Of a stretch of 64,000 nt of DNA, positions 19,005-29,407 are shown piece by piece. The notes beneath the pieces are model-generated. The model did not search any database. It was not told the origin of the DNA and was given only the letters and a program-made list of their open reading frames with translations. Location: assembly GCA_965219685.1 (NCBI GenBank), contig CBDCOH010000002.1:3968001-4032000 (forward strand), given 5' to 3'. This stretch comes from Candidatus Spongiisociaceae bacterium. Lineage in GTDB: Bacteria; Actinomycetota; Acidimicrobiia; Spongiisociales; Spongiisociaceae. The translations under genes and the position numbers were made by a program. The number at the start of each line of letters is the position of its first letter. Within the stretch, counting starts at the first letter, position 1.

Positions 19005-19603
19005 CTTCTACTGGGGCGGGGTATCTACGACGTGGCCGAGGTAGCCCGGATAGTCCGGAGGCACCCCGACACGGTCGCGCGTTGGACGCGGGGCACCGAT
19101 CCCCTGCACATGTGGAGAGTGACCGGATCATCTTCTTCCTCGACCTGATCAGCCTTTGGGTGATATCCGAGTTGATCAGGCGTGGCGTTCCGCGACCGGA
19201 GATCAGGGCAGGAGGGGAGTACGTGGCCGAGAACCTCGGTACGAGATACCCGTTCGCCCACCAGGATATGGCCACTGTGGGCGCCGGTTTCTTCGGCAGG
19301 TTCAAGGAATGGGTCGACGTGGGCAAGGGTGGTCAGGGGTCCTTCCCGGCGGTGATCGAAGAGTTGCTAAGTCCGATCGAATTCGGTCCCGACCTTCACG
19401 CATCCATCTGGCGGCCGGCGAAGGGCGTGTGGCTCAACCCCGAAGTCCAAGCAGGCGCACCGTGCCTTGATGGAACCCGGGTCCCCACAAGCGCGATAGC
19501 TGACCTCCAAGCCGCGGGCGACCACGTCGAGGACATCGCGGACGATCTGACCCTGAATATGGCACAGGTCCGCGCTGCCCTGCAGTATGAACTCGCTGCC
19601 TGA
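19005..19603 (+). pseudogene. VapB45-like antitoxin (HTH + DUF433), 5'-truncated and frameshifted near 19110
   Basis: GIYDVAEVARIVRRHPDTVARW in one frame; FLDLI...YPFA...LNPEVQAGAPCLDGTRVP in another. Confidence 0.82.
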
Positions 19604-20116
19604 AGGTCGAAGGCAACGCCGTAGACCTCCCGATCTCGTCTCCTATTCGATGAGAACCTTCCGTGGCGAGTAGCCAGCGCTCTGCGGGAACTCGGCTACA
19701 ACGTGAGTTATGTAGGGAATGAGCAAGACGGGACTCCTCCGCGGGGCTCCTCCGACCAGACGATCATCGACCAGGCCCGAACCACCAACCAGATAGTGGT
19801 CACGTCGAATCACGACATGATCCTGCTCTGCCTCGAACAACCGCAGCCGGTGATCTGGTTGGATCCGCACGGGCGCAAGATCACTCGGGATGAGATGGTC
19901 ATACTTGTGTTCCAAGCGGCACATATATGGGAAGAGATGTTGCAGAGCGCGATCGGACCGGTATGCATCCGGACCCTACGAACCAAGAACGAGAGATTGT
20001 CGGTCGAGCGCGCTGTCCACCTGGTGCGACAGCGTATGAGGCGGATTGCAGCTAGGAAGCGACGGGGACCAAAGCCCAAGCCACTCGGACCGCTGTTCGA
20101 CTCCACCTCCGGATGA
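19587..20116 (+). pseudogene. PIN-like toxin (DUF5615/VapC45 type), frameshifted near 19635
   Basis: LLFDENLP...GSSDQTII..A...IVVTSNHD frame has an upstream TAG and no start; ATG 19587 is out of frame. Confidence 0.75.
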
Positions 20117-20232
20117 TCACCTGCGTATGGCGGGTAGGCCATGCCCTCTGTTCGGCGCTGGATGTGCGATCAATGTAAGCTTCGCGGCCCTAGATCTTGA
20201 ACTCGGTACGTGTCGGAACAGGAGACCACAGC

Positions 20233-21963
20233 ATGGTCTCACGACTGGGATCAGTCCCGGAATCTCCGGGAGAAGGCAGTCCCGAGGAGGACACGCCCCT
20301 TCCGCGCGAGGCGGTTCATACGGAGATCGAGGCGAAGTTCCTGATCGAAGACACCCCACACGTCACAGATCTGATCGACTCTCTCGGCTCGTATGACGTG
20401 GAGTCGGCCTGGGCCGCCGACATCGTGGATGACTACTGGGACACTCCCGGCTGGCATCTCTACAGGGCGGGGTGGACGTACCGGTGGCGGGACCGCTCGG
20501 GGGACAAGATCATGACCCTGAAGTCCCGCGAGCTACGGGACGGGTTGGTGCAGAAGCGCCGGGAGGTCGAACGGCGGGTCCCGGCGTTTCCGCAGGACGG
20601 CAGCCACCCTCTGGTTGCCGAGCACGTCGCCGACCGGTCCGGCGGTCTCGGCTCGGGGGACTTGCGGGAGCTCTTCCGCGTGCAGACGCACCGTCGCCTC
20701 TTCGACATCCGGCTGGCCGATGGTGCCCTGGTGGAACTGGGGATCGATCGGACGACCATCACCACCGACGGGCCGGTCAAGAAGCTGGCGCCGGGCCGCA
20801 TGACGTTCGTGGAGCTGGAGATAGAGCTGAAGGAGGGCCACGAGGAGTCGCTGCGGCAACTGGCCGCGGAGCTACAGCAACGATTCGGCCTCCTGACCGC
20901 CCGTCTCAGCAAGTTCGAACGGGGATTGCAGACCACGGGTCTGTCGCCCCCGCGGGCTTCCCGGACGGTGTTGCCGGCGAGCACCCCGTTCGCGCGGATG
21001 TTGCGGGAACGGGCGCCGGCGCCGGCCGATCCGGCCATCCACCTGGCGTACGGCCGCTTGTTCGAGCAGTTCGAGGAGATGATCATCCAGGAGCCCAGAG
21101 CCTGGGAGGGCCTCGACCCCGAGGGGGTGCACAAGATGCGGGTGGCAACTCGGCGCCTCCGTTCCGCATTGCGAGCCTTCAAGAAGGTGCTGCCCGCCTC
21201 GATCCGTTCCTTCAACGGCGAGTTCAAGTGGCTCGCGGCCGCTCTCGGTGGGGTGCGGGATCTCGACGTCGCCATGGGGAATCTCCCGCACTTCCTGTCC
21301 GGGATCCCGCCGAAGGACGCTGCGCACTTGAACGCCTACCAGCAGTATCTGGCCGATCGGTGGCAGGAGGAGCGGAGACGCCTGCTGGCCTGCCTGACCT
21401 CCCGGCGATACGGGCGGCTGAAGGCGGGATTCGCCGGATCGCTTGAAAGGGGTCCTTCCGCGCGCACCATGGAGACGTTGGGTTCGATCACGATCGGCGA
21501 CGCCGCCCAGCTGCTGATAGGCAAGCGCTACCGGGTTGTGCTGCGCCGTGGCCGCGGCATCACATCCGTGTCCGGCGATGAGTCGCTCCATGCCCTGAGG
21601 ATCCAGTGCAAGCGGCTGCGTTACCTCCTCGAGTTCTTCCGGCCGACCTATGGCGGGTTGCTCAAAGCGGACATCACGCGGCTGAAGAAACTCCAGGACG
21701 TGCTGGGCGACTTCCAGGACGCGTGCGTTGCCGGCCAGTTTCTCCGCCACTACGCCGAAGGCCTACCCATGCGCACCAGCAACCGGGGCCAGCTCCTCGC
21801 ATTGGGCCAGTTGATCGGCAGCCAGGACCACCGGGCTGCGAGGTGCCGGGCCGACTTCGCACTGGCGTGGGAGCGTTTCGATTCCACCGGTGCCCCGACC
21901 GTAGTCCTCACTCGCTTGGCAGACAGTCGGGAGGGGGTCACCCACGAAACTCACCCGAGGTAA
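20233..21963 (+). CDS. CYTH + CHAD domain protein (polyphosphate-associated)
   Basis: EIEAKF, DDYWDT, ELEIELKEG, SKFERG (CYTH); VHKMRVATRRLRS, LGGVRDLDV, LHALRIQCKRLRY, LQDVLGDFQD (CHAD). Confidence 0.95.
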   Translation: MVSRLGSVPESPGEGSPEEDTPLPREAVHTEIEAKFLIEDTPHVTDLIDSLGSYDVESAWAADIVDDYWDTPGWHLYRAGWTYRWRDRSGDKIMTLKSRELRDGLVQKRREVERRVPAFPQDGSHPLVAEHVADRSGGLGSGDLRELFRVQTHRRLFDIRLADGALVELGIDRTTITTDGPVKKLAPGRMTFVELEIELKEGHEESLRQLAAELQQRFGLLTARLSKFERGLQTTGLSPPRASRTVLPASTPFARMLRERAPAPADPAIHLAYGRLFEQFEEMIIQEPRAWEGLDPEGVHKMRVATRRLRSALRAFKKVLPASIRSFNGEFKWLAAALGGVRDLDVAMGNLPHFLSGIPPKDAAHLNAYQQYLADRWQEERRRLLACLTSRRYGRLKAGFAGSLERGPSARTMETLGSITIGDAAQLLIGKRYRVVLRRGRGITSVSGDESLHALRIQCKRLRYLLEFFRPTYGGLLKADITRLKKLQDVLGDFQDACVAGQFLRHYAEGLPMRTSNRGQLLALGQLIGSQDHRAARCRADFALAWERFDSTGAPTVVLTRLADSREGVTHETHPR

Positions 21964-22795
21964 CTTCCGCGCTCCGCCTGGCGCTTGCCCGGGACAGGAC
22001 GCGGGCCGCTTCATGTACTTGGCCGTCGCATATGCATGATCGGTCAGGGTAAGACGATCCGGGACCCGGATCGGTAGGTATGTTGGGCGACGACCCCAAC
22101 GCTTACCATCCGATCGGGCCTGCGAGCCGGTTGGTCTCCATCGGAGGCCGCTATGAAGGCGATCACGCCTTTGCCGTCGTGTCGCCGATGGCGGACCCGG
22201 GGACCCAGGCTTTGTCTCGATGACGGTCCCGATGTCCTTGACAGGCTCTGCACGCCTTACGACCGGGTGGGGGCAGGCGAATCCACACCTGGAAGATCCC
22301 TCGGCGCTCGGTGGCTCCCGGCCTCGTTATATGGTTCCTCTGCGCGCTAGGGGCCACCGATAGGTATTACCCAAAGGCGGTCATCCATCCCTGACGGGAC
22401 CGTCCGGCGTGCAGGGCCGCTCCGGCATGGAAAGAGGCGTCTAGCAGGCATGCCCGAAGGAAACTATGCGATTCGCGCTACTTGAACTATGTGATTCGCG
22501 CCGCCGGGCACCATGAGATCCGCCTCCTCGCGTCAGCCGAAGGACCAAACCGGCCATGACAGGTAGCAGCGGCCGGTTCCCGGTTTCAGGTGGAGTTCGG
22601 CCCAATCCGCCAGCGCCTCTCCGAACTCGCGGATGGCCACTTCCGCAGTAGACACAGAAGCCCAAGCGCAGCGGCAGGCAGGGACCGCGGCGAAGTAGGC
22701 GGCAGGATCGCAGTCTCCACTTCGACCGTGCGCGATCGCTCTCCGGCCCTTCGAGCCTTCTTGTTACTACCAGAGTCGCTAGTTTGTATTACTGT

Positions 22796-22810
22796 ATAGT
22801 TATGAACTAT
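22796..22810. promoter_or_regulatory. Palindromic operator-like site ATAGTT-ATG-AACTAT in an AT-rich tract
   Basis: Perfect 6-3-6 inverted repeat upstream of the 22953 gene. Confidence 0.35.
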
Positions 22811-22952
22811 CGGTAAAGTAGCAGAACAGCCATGGTGAAGGTATGAAGGGTAAGTGGCTCGGAAGACGTGATCTGACGGCCGGACCGTGGGGAGGTCCGA
22901 ACCGGCGTTGGCGCGCAAGCGTCGCTGCCGTCGCGACGAAGGAGGGTGCGGC

Positions 22953-23378
22953 ATGACAGAGGTTCGGGTGGGAGAAGACATGCTGCGAAGGGCTCACGCG
23001 GTCCTGACCCGTGCGTACACGGAGATGTACGAACTCCTCAATGAGATAGTCCCGCCCTCGACAATGCCCGTCCCGGCGGATCGGGACATGCCGGCACGTT
23101 CACTATCGCAGGAGACCATTACCGCGTTCACGGTGGTCAAATCGGCATACGATGCCGTTGAGAACGCCCAACTGCAACTGTCGCGTCTGCGCCATGAAAG
23201 ACCACCGAACGGGAACGAACGAGGGAGACGCGCCAACCGGCTACTCACCCTCCTGGGTTCTCGACCGGCGATAACTCGCAACGAGGTGAAAGACCTCCTC
23301 GAATGGGACGACAGTGCCGTGGACGAGGCTATCCACGACTTGGCGGAGTTGCGCAGCGAGCCCGCGGCCACCCTATGA
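22953..23378 (+). CDS. Hypothetical protein (possible C-terminal HTH)
   Basis: GGAGG RBS; helical sequence ending ITRNEVKDLLEWDDSAVDEAIHDL. Confidence 0.7.
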   Translation: MTEVRVGEDMLRRAHAVLTRAYTEMYELLNEIVPPSTMPVPADRDMPARSLSQETITAFTVVKSAYDAVENAQLQLSRLRHERPPNGNERGRRANRLLTLLGSRPAITRNEVKDLLEWDDSAVDEAIHDLAELRSEPAATL

Positions 23379-23614
23379 TCACCGAGATCCCCGCGCACGT
23401 AGTCTGGGCCCTATGGATCACGGCCGGAGGCACGGTGGCGGACGTGGTGATTCGGTTGATAGGGCATCGGAGCAAGGCCGCCTTGAACTATGCCCAGGCG
23501 AGGCAAGCATCCTCGCAGGCGGCTTTGAACCAGGAGCAAGCCAAGCTGTTGGGTCAACAAGTCAGTTCAGCAATCGCTGCAGAGCTACGCGAAAAGACCC
23601 AGGACCAGCGTTAA
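23375..23614 (+). CDS. Small single-TM plus coiled-coil hypothetical protein
   Basis: ATGA overlap; N-terminal hydrophobic helix. Confidence 0.6.
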   Translation: MITEIPAHVVWALWITAGGTVADVVIRLIGHRSKAALNYAQARQASSQAALNQEQAKLLGQQVSSAIAAELREKTQDQR

Positions 23615-23806
23615 CCCTGGCTGTTCGTGCCCTTAATCCACAGCTATCACCGCGACACCTCCTAACAGTCATGACCCGTCCCGTCCGCCACCATCAATCA
23701 CCGGGCCCCAGGGCCGGGGAAAGAATCAGTCACTGGCGGAGGAGCCGGCTTTCCTTCATCACTGTGGCCGTATCCGGCCTATCCGCGCACCTCTAGCCTG
23801 GATGCA

Positions 23807-24457
23807 ATGAAGGCAGACAGCTTGAGCGATCGGGTTGTCCCGTATCGGGTACCGGCCTCGTCCGGTCATCATGGTGTGCTTGTGTGGGAGTGGCCCGAGG
23901 CCGTGGATGGGCTGTCCTCGGCACCGGTGGGGGGTGGTCTCGTCCGGGCTGGGTGGGCGCTCAACATCGGTGTGGATTCGGACTACGGCCGCACCGACCT
24001 GTCCAACCACGTCCGGGAGGTCGTGGGGGAACTCGGCCTGCGCGGCGAGGGGGTCGGGATGTTCACCGCGGTTGACCTGAGCCGCGTGACCACTGCCTGC
24101 TGCGAGGGTGTGTCGGTTGACGCCACCGTGGGTATCAGCCATCCGACCTGGGCCGCCGATCCGGCTGCCGGGGACCCGGCCGGCGCCGCCGGGACGATCA
24201 ACGTGGTCGTGCAGGTGCCGGTGGCCCTCGATCCTGGAGCGGCGGTCAACGCCGTCATGACAGCTACCGAAGCCAAGGTCCAGGCTCTGGGAGATCGCCG
24301 TGTTGCGGGCACCGGCACGGCTACCGACGCACTGTTGGTGGTGTGGCCCAGGCGGGGTGCATCCGAGCGGTTCGCTGGCCCCCGGTCGAGATGGGGATCG
24401 AGGATCGGCCGGGCGGTGTATGAAGCGGTCTGGGCAGGGGCCGGCCCCCGGGACTGA
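23807..24457 (+). CDS. cbiZ: Adenosylcobinamide amidohydrolase
   Basis: LSSAPVGGG, GMFTAV, ATVGI, GTINVV, TATEAK, GTGTATDA motifs. Confidence 0.92.
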   Translation: MKADSLSDRVVPYRVPASSGHHGVLVWEWPEAVDGLSSAPVGGGLVRAGWALNIGVDSDYGRTDLSNHVREVVGELGLRGEGVGMFTAVDLSRVTTACCEGVSVDATVGISHPTWAADPAAGDPAGAAGTINVVVQVPVALDPGAAVNAVMTATEAKVQALGDRRVAGTGTATDALLVVWPRRGASERFAGPRSRWGSRIGRAVYEAVWAGAGPRD

Positions 24458-24644
24458 CGATGGCCGGCAGGCCGGCCAGGGCGAATCCTGTTCTTCCCGG
24501 TTCCTTAGGCGGGCCTTCACCCGCCGGGAAGCGCAGTCGTTCGGTACCGCGGGTCGCGTGGTTGGTCGGTGTGGCGGGGGTGCGATGCGGCGTCGATACT
24601 GGTCCGGAGCACGCCGCCCCCAGCGCAGAGCGTCCACGATCGAA

Positions 24645-25112
24645 CTAGCGAGGCTCCGTCCGTGGCGCCGGAATGAGCCGGACCAGGGGAATCTCCCGCT
24701 CGGTGCGCGCCTGGTACCGGGCATAGCGAGGGGCGCTGGCGATCCGAGCCTCCCAGACAGCCTCCCGCTCGTCACCGGTGAGCGTCCTGGCCTTCGCCGC
24801 GAAGACCCGCTTGCGGTCCTGGACTACCACGTCGGGGTTGGCCCGCAGATTGTGATACCAGGCCGGGTGATGCCGGGCGCCGCCGAAGGACCCCACTACC
24901 ACCATCGATTCGCCGTCGGGCAGGTAGCTGAGGCAGACCGCGTGCGGCTTGCCGGACCGGCGGCCGATGGTGCGCAGGATGATGCACGGCATCCCGTCGG
25001 CGGAGCCGCCGAGCCTGCCGCCGGTCAACCTGTACAGAAGGATGTGCGTGCGCGAGATCGACGGGATGAGCCACTCGGGTGGTGTCCAGTCCCTGAAGCG
25101 TGTGATGCCCAT
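24645..25112 (-). CDS. Deazaflavin (F420)-dependent nitroreductase family protein
   Basis: LRTIGRRSGKPH, GSFGGARHHPAWYHNLRANP, YQARTEREIP. Confidence 0.95.
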   Translation of the reverse strand: MGITRFRDWTPPEWLIPSISRTHILLYRLTGGRLGGSADGMPCIILRTIGRRSGKPHAVCLSYLPDGESMVVVGSFGGARHHPAWYHNLRANPDVVVQDRKRVFAAKARTLTGDEREAVWEARIASAPRYARYQARTEREIPLVRLIPAPRTEPR

Positions 25113-25367
25113 CCTCCCGCCTCGTCCCCACCGCGGAGACATGCAGATCCGTCAAGCGTAACCATCGGGAGTCTCGGTCCATGAGCCTGCCCGGACCGGC
25201 CCGCCGGGACCGTGCACCCCTCGCCGTGTGCGGTTGCCGCGCGGTCGCTTCCTCCTGACCCACCGGGCCCTCGTGCCTGTCCCGGCGCCCTCGAACTCGC
25301 GGGGAACGGGGAGCCGGTGTGGCCGGGCGGGTACGATGCAGGCCCGAGCCCGAGAAGGAGAAGGCCG

Positions 25368-26408
25368 TTGCGCAGAGTCCCCACCACGTCCGCCGCGGGC
25401 GCGGAGTTGGTACCGATGTTCAAGGACCACATGGAGTTGTGCGGGGTCGGCCCCGGGCAGACGGTCATGGCCTTCACCAACACCCAGAGCAACCCGGCCT
25501 ACGTCACCGCCCTCATGGGAGCGGTGAAGGTGCTGGGTGGTGACTTCTTCCAGATCGTGGTGGCCGCCGACGACTCCTGGATGAAGTCGCGCACCATCGT
25601 CGAGGCTTGGAAGGGCTGCGACCTGGTGGTGGGGTTCCTGGCCAGCATGGGGTCCCACTGGATCTACTCCGACGCCCACGACGAGGCTCTGGAGGCGGGA
25701 GTCAGGACGTTGATGATCGAGGAGCCCGAGGATCACCTGCGCAGGCTCTTCCCGATTCCCGCCATCCGCGAGCGCGGGGAGGCCAGCGTCAGGTACATGG
25801 GGGAGTCCGACACGATGAGGGTCTGGTCCGAGGCCGGCACCGACCTCACGGTTCGATTCACGGGCCGGCCGCTCGGGTGCCAGTACGGGTACACCGACAA
25901 GCCCGGGCGCTGGGACCACTGGCCGTCGGGGCAGTGCGCGGTGGCGCCGCTGGAGGACTCTGCGGAGGGCACGCTGGTGGTGGACGCCGGGGATGCGCTG
26001 CTGCCGATGGGCAAGTACGTGGAGCAGCCGATCCGCATGGAGATACGGGGAGGAAGCATCGTCTCCATCGACGGCGGCGGCGATTCCCGGCTGCTGAAGG
26101 ACTTCTTCGAGCTTCCCGGGGACGAGCAAGCATACGGCGTTTCGCACATCGGGTGGGGTTACGAGCACCGGGCCAACTGGAACGCCCTGGGACTCCGCTT
26201 CTGGGAAGGCGGGGGAGTGATGGACACCGAGAGCTACTACGGCAACATGCTGATCGCGTTCGGCGCCAACTTCTTCCGCAAGCTGGGCGGGGAGAACCGG
26301 GCCAACTTCCACTTCGACATCCCGACCCGCAACCACTCCGTCTGGGTCGGGGACCGCCAGATCATCGACCGGGGCAGCTTCGTGGTGCCCGGGTTCGAGC
26401 TCGAATAG
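25368..26408 (+). CDS. 2,5-dihydroxypyridine 5,6-dioxygenase (NicX)-like protein, M29 peptidase fold
   Basis: QYGYTDKPGRWDHWPSG, AYGVSHIGWG, HFDIP; TTG start after AAGGAG. Confidence 0.85.
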   Translation: MRRVPTTSAAGAELVPMFKDHMELCGVGPGQTVMAFTNTQSNPAYVTALMGAVKVLGGDFFQIVVAADDSWMKSRTIVEAWKGCDLVVGFLASMGSHWIYSDAHDEALEAGVRTLMIEEPEDHLRRLFPIPAIRERGEASVRYMGESDTMRVWSEAGTDLTVRFTGRPLGCQYGYTDKPGRWDHWPSGQCAVAPLEDSAEGTLVVDAGDALLPMGKYVEQPIRMEIRGGSIVSIDGGGDSRLLKDFFELPGDEQAYGVSHIGWGYEHRANWNALGLRFWEGGGVMDTESYYGNMLIAFGANFFRKLGGENRANFHFDIPTRNHSVWVGDRQIIDRGSFVVPGFELE

Positions 26409-26421
26409 CGGGGGGCCGGCC

Positions 26422-27177
26422 ATGCGACTCAAGAACAAGGTAGCGGTGATCACGGGGTCGTCCCGCTCCATCGGGCGGGCCATCGCCCTCGGCTACGGGC
26501 GGGAAGGCGCCAAGGTGGTGGTCAACTACCGGAGCGACGAGGAAGCGGCCAACTCCGCGGTGGCCGAGATCGAGGCGATGGGGTCGGAGGCCTTTGCGGT
26601 TCGAGCCGACACCTCGTCATCCGCGGACGTGAACGGGCTGATCGGCGCGGCTGTGAGTCGCTTCGGGCGGATCGACATCCTGGTGAACAACGCCGCCATC
26701 CTCATCCGGACCCCGTTCCTCGAGATCGAGGAGTCGGAATGGGACCGGATCATCGAGGTGAACCTCAAGGGGTTCTTCCTGTGCTCCCAGGCGGCCGCCC
26801 GCCAGATGGTCCGCCAGGGGGACGGCGGCATCATCATCAACATGTCCTCCGCCAGCGACACCCTGGCCGGCCGGAACCTCGCCCACTACTGCGTGGCCAA
26901 GGGAGGGGTGCGGATGCTCACCCGGCAGTTGGCCTTCGAGTTGGCGCCCCACGGGATCCGGGCCAACGCCATCGCGCCGGGACTCATCGAGACCGACATG
27001 AACCGTTCCGACCTGGCTGTTCCCGAGTTCCGCGAGTACCGGCTCTCCATGATCCCCCTCGGAATCATCGGAGTTCCCGAGGACATCGTGGGCGCGGCCG
27101 TGTTCCTGGCCTCCGAGGAATCCAGGATGGCCACCGGCTCCACCCTCTACCTCGACGCAGGCCAGACCATCGCGTGA
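26422..27177 (+). CDS. Classical SDR oxidoreductase
   Basis: TGSSRSIG, NNAA, YCVAK, NAIAPG. Confidence 0.96.
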   Translation: MRLKNKVAVITGSSRSIGRAIALGYGREGAKVVVNYRSDEEAANSAVAEIEAMGSEAFAVRADTSSSADVNGLIGAAVSRFGRIDILVNNAAILIRTPFLEIEESEWDRIIEVNLKGFFLCSQAAARQMVRQGDGGIIINMSSASDTLAGRNLAHYCVAKGGVRMLTRQLAFELAPHGIRANAIAPGLIETDMNRSDLAVPEFREYRLSMIPLGIIGVPEDIVGAAVFLASEESRMATGSTLYLDAGQTIA

Positions 27178-27222
27178 GTGGTGAGTGGTGAGTGGTGAGT
27201 GGTGAGTGGTGAATGGTGAATG
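27174..27222 (+). repeat. Heptamer array (GTGAGTG)5(GTGAATG)2
   Basis: Direct reading; the first unit contains the SDR stop codon. Confidence 0.97.
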
Positions 27223-27339
27223 GTTTCCACGGGTCCCCGTTTCCCAGTGCCGAGGTCGGGACTAACGGGATACGACGGGCGTAATACCGCCTAGACAACG
27301 CTTGGAAACCTAGAGTCTGAGCATGCGACGGAGGTATGG

Positions 27340-27996
27340 ATGTCGGATCTCATAGACGGGCTTTCTGAAGGATTGGCGAACGCAGGGGAGACGATTCTCT
27401 CCTTCCTACCGAGGCTGATAGGCGCCCTCGTAATCCTGGTGGTCGGCTGGCTGGTGGCCCGGCTGGTCCACAGGGTGTTCCAACGCGTGTTCAAGGTCGT
27501 GGGCCTCGACACCTTGCTGGAACGGGCGGGACTCTCGGAGCGGCTGCAGGCGGCGGGCTATACGGCTACAGACCTCGCCGCGAGAGCGATCTACTGGATA
27601 GCTCTGCTGGTGGTGTTCCTCCTTACGGCCGAGGCCCTAGACGTCGAGTACCTGAGCGACATCCTGACGGGACTGATCGGATACCTGCCCCTCGTGGTGG
27701 CGGCCCTTGTCATCGTCATCGTGGCGGCGGCGCTGGGTGCGTTCCTGGCCGAGCTGTCCACTCCGTGGTCGCAGGAACGCCACATACGGTGGCTACCGGC
27801 GACGGCGAGATGGGCCGTGATAGCCCTCGGGATGTTCGTCGCTCTCAACACCCTCAACATCGGCGAGGAGATCGTCAACACGCTCTTCATCGCCGTGGTC
27901 GGGACGGCGGGCGCCATCCTGGTGATCGCCTTCGGCGTGGGGGGGATCCCAGCAGCCAGGGAGTGGTGGAGCAGGGTGCTGCCCGACCGCGACTGA
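27340..27996 (+). CDS. Mechanosensitive-channel-associated TM-helix protein (CmpX-like)
   Basis: Two repeats FLPRLIGALVILVVGWLVA / YLPLVVAALVIVIVA; AFGVGG. Confidence 0.88.
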   Translation: MSDLIDGLSEGLANAGETILSFLPRLIGALVILVVGWLVARLVHRVFQRVFKVVGLDTLLERAGLSERLQAAGYTATDLAARAIYWIALLVVFLLTAEALDVEYLSDILTGLIGYLPLVVAALVIVIVAAALGAFLAELSTPWSQERHIRWLPATARWAVIALGMFVALNTLNIGEEIVNTLFIAVVGTAGAILVIAFGVGGIPAAREWWSRVLPDRD

Positions 27997-28138
27997 CCGG
28001 AATGCGGCCGTTCCCCGTGGACCCCCCGGCCGGGGAACGGCAGTCCCTCGCGGTGTCGCTGCCGTTGATGGGTGGTGGGGGGCGAGGGAGCCGCGGTTGG
28101 GTGAGCCGTATGCCGGCGGCCGATGGGTCGGATCGGCT

Positions 28139-28318
28139 CTACTGGTTGAGGACCACCGTGATGATAAGGCCGCCGACGAGGGTGACCCAGCCGACCACCC
28201 AGAGCGTGTGCTGGTTGATCCGGCGCTCCAAGGCTGCCACGGCTCGCTCGATCTTCGATTCGAGGCGCGCTTCTACCGCTGCGTCCTTGGCGTCCACGAG
28301 GGACTCGCTGACTGTCAT
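28139..28318 (-). CDS. 59-aa coiled-coil plus C-terminal TM protein (copy 1)
   Basis: MTVSESLVDAKDAAVEARLESKIERAVAALERRINQHTLWVVGWVTLVGGLIITVVLNQ; below the ORF-track cutoff. Confidence 0.75.
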   Translation of the reverse strand: MTVSESLVDAKDAAVEARLESKIERAVAALERRINQHTLWVVGWVTLVGGLIITVVLNQ

Positions 28319-28817
28319 CGCCGCACCGCGGAGCTGATCAGCGGAGCAGGGGCGACTCCGACTTTCCAGGTCGATTGGGAAACGAACCTGGCATCGATTG
28401 AGTGTATTACCGCGGTGGGATTCCGACTCGTGGCCGGGCGGTTGCCGCGTCTCATCTCACCATCCCCAAGGTCTGACTTATGCCAATCTAGTCGCTATTC
28501 ACCGTTAGTCAACCATAGGTATGTCCTTCTCAGACGACCCCATTTCTTGATTGGCTCTTGATGACCCCTTTCCAATCCGCGCTTCATCGGAACAGATGGA
28601 GCATGCTCCGGAGGGACGTCCCCGATGGCTACGTGTCACCGGAGCAGGCCGAACAGGTCTACGGCGTCAAAGTGGACCCGGACGGAACCGCCACCCCAGT
28701 CCGCGTCGGGTTGGACCGCGGCTGAACACAGTTTGTCGCGGCTTGGGCCGGCTGGTGGGGGCCGGGGTGTTGTGGTTGGGTGAAGCGGGTGCCGGTGGCG
28801 GATCCGTCGGATCGTTC

Positions 28818-29018
28818 CTACTGGTTGAGGACCACCGTGATGATGAGGCCGCCGACGAGGGTGACCCAGCCGACCACCCATATCGTGTGCTGGTTGATAC
28901 GGTGTTCCATCTCGCCGAAACGCCGCTCGAGGGCTGCCACTGCTCGCTCGATCTTCGATTCGAGGTGTGCTTCTACCGCTGCGTCCTTGGCGTCCACGAG
29001 GGATTCGGTGACTGTCAT
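28818..29018 (-). CDS. 66-aa coiled-coil plus C-terminal TM protein (copy 2)
   Basis: Paralogue of 28139-28318 with one extra heptad. Confidence 0.78.
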   Translation of the reverse strand: MTVTESLVDAKDAAVEAHLESKIERAVAALERRFGEMEHRINQHTIWVVGWVTLVGGLIITVVLNQ

Positions 29019-29407
29019 CGCCGCACCGCGGAGCTGATCAGCGGAGCAGGGGCGACTCCGACTTTCCAGGTCGATTGGGAAACGAACCTGGCATCGATTG
29101 GGTGCATTACCGCGGTGGGATTCCGACTCGTGGCCGGGCGGTTGCTGTGTCTCATCTCACCATCCCCAAGGTCTGACTTATGCCAATCTAGTCGATATTC
29201 ACCGTTAGTCAACCATAGGTATGTCGCTCTCAGACGATCCCACTTCCTGATTGACTTTGATAACCCCTTTTCCAACCCGCGCTTCATCAGAAGAGACGGA
29301 CCATGCTCCGGAGAGATGTCCCCGACAGCTACGTGTCGCCGGAGCAGGCCGAACAGGTCTACGGCGTCAAAGTGGACCCGGACGGAACCGCCGCCAAAGT
29401 GCCGGCA

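Larger units (their letters stand above)
28095..29392. repeat. Tandem duplication with ~700-bp period (28095-28693 and 28775-29392)
   Basis: Long near-identical stretches offset by about 700 nt. Confidence 0.95.

Noticed and set aside
23620-23806. Cobalamin riboswitch upstream of cbiZ (also considered at 40880-40920)
   Set aside because: Conserved B12-box elements were not recognisable by eye; an Infernal/Rfam scan would be decisive
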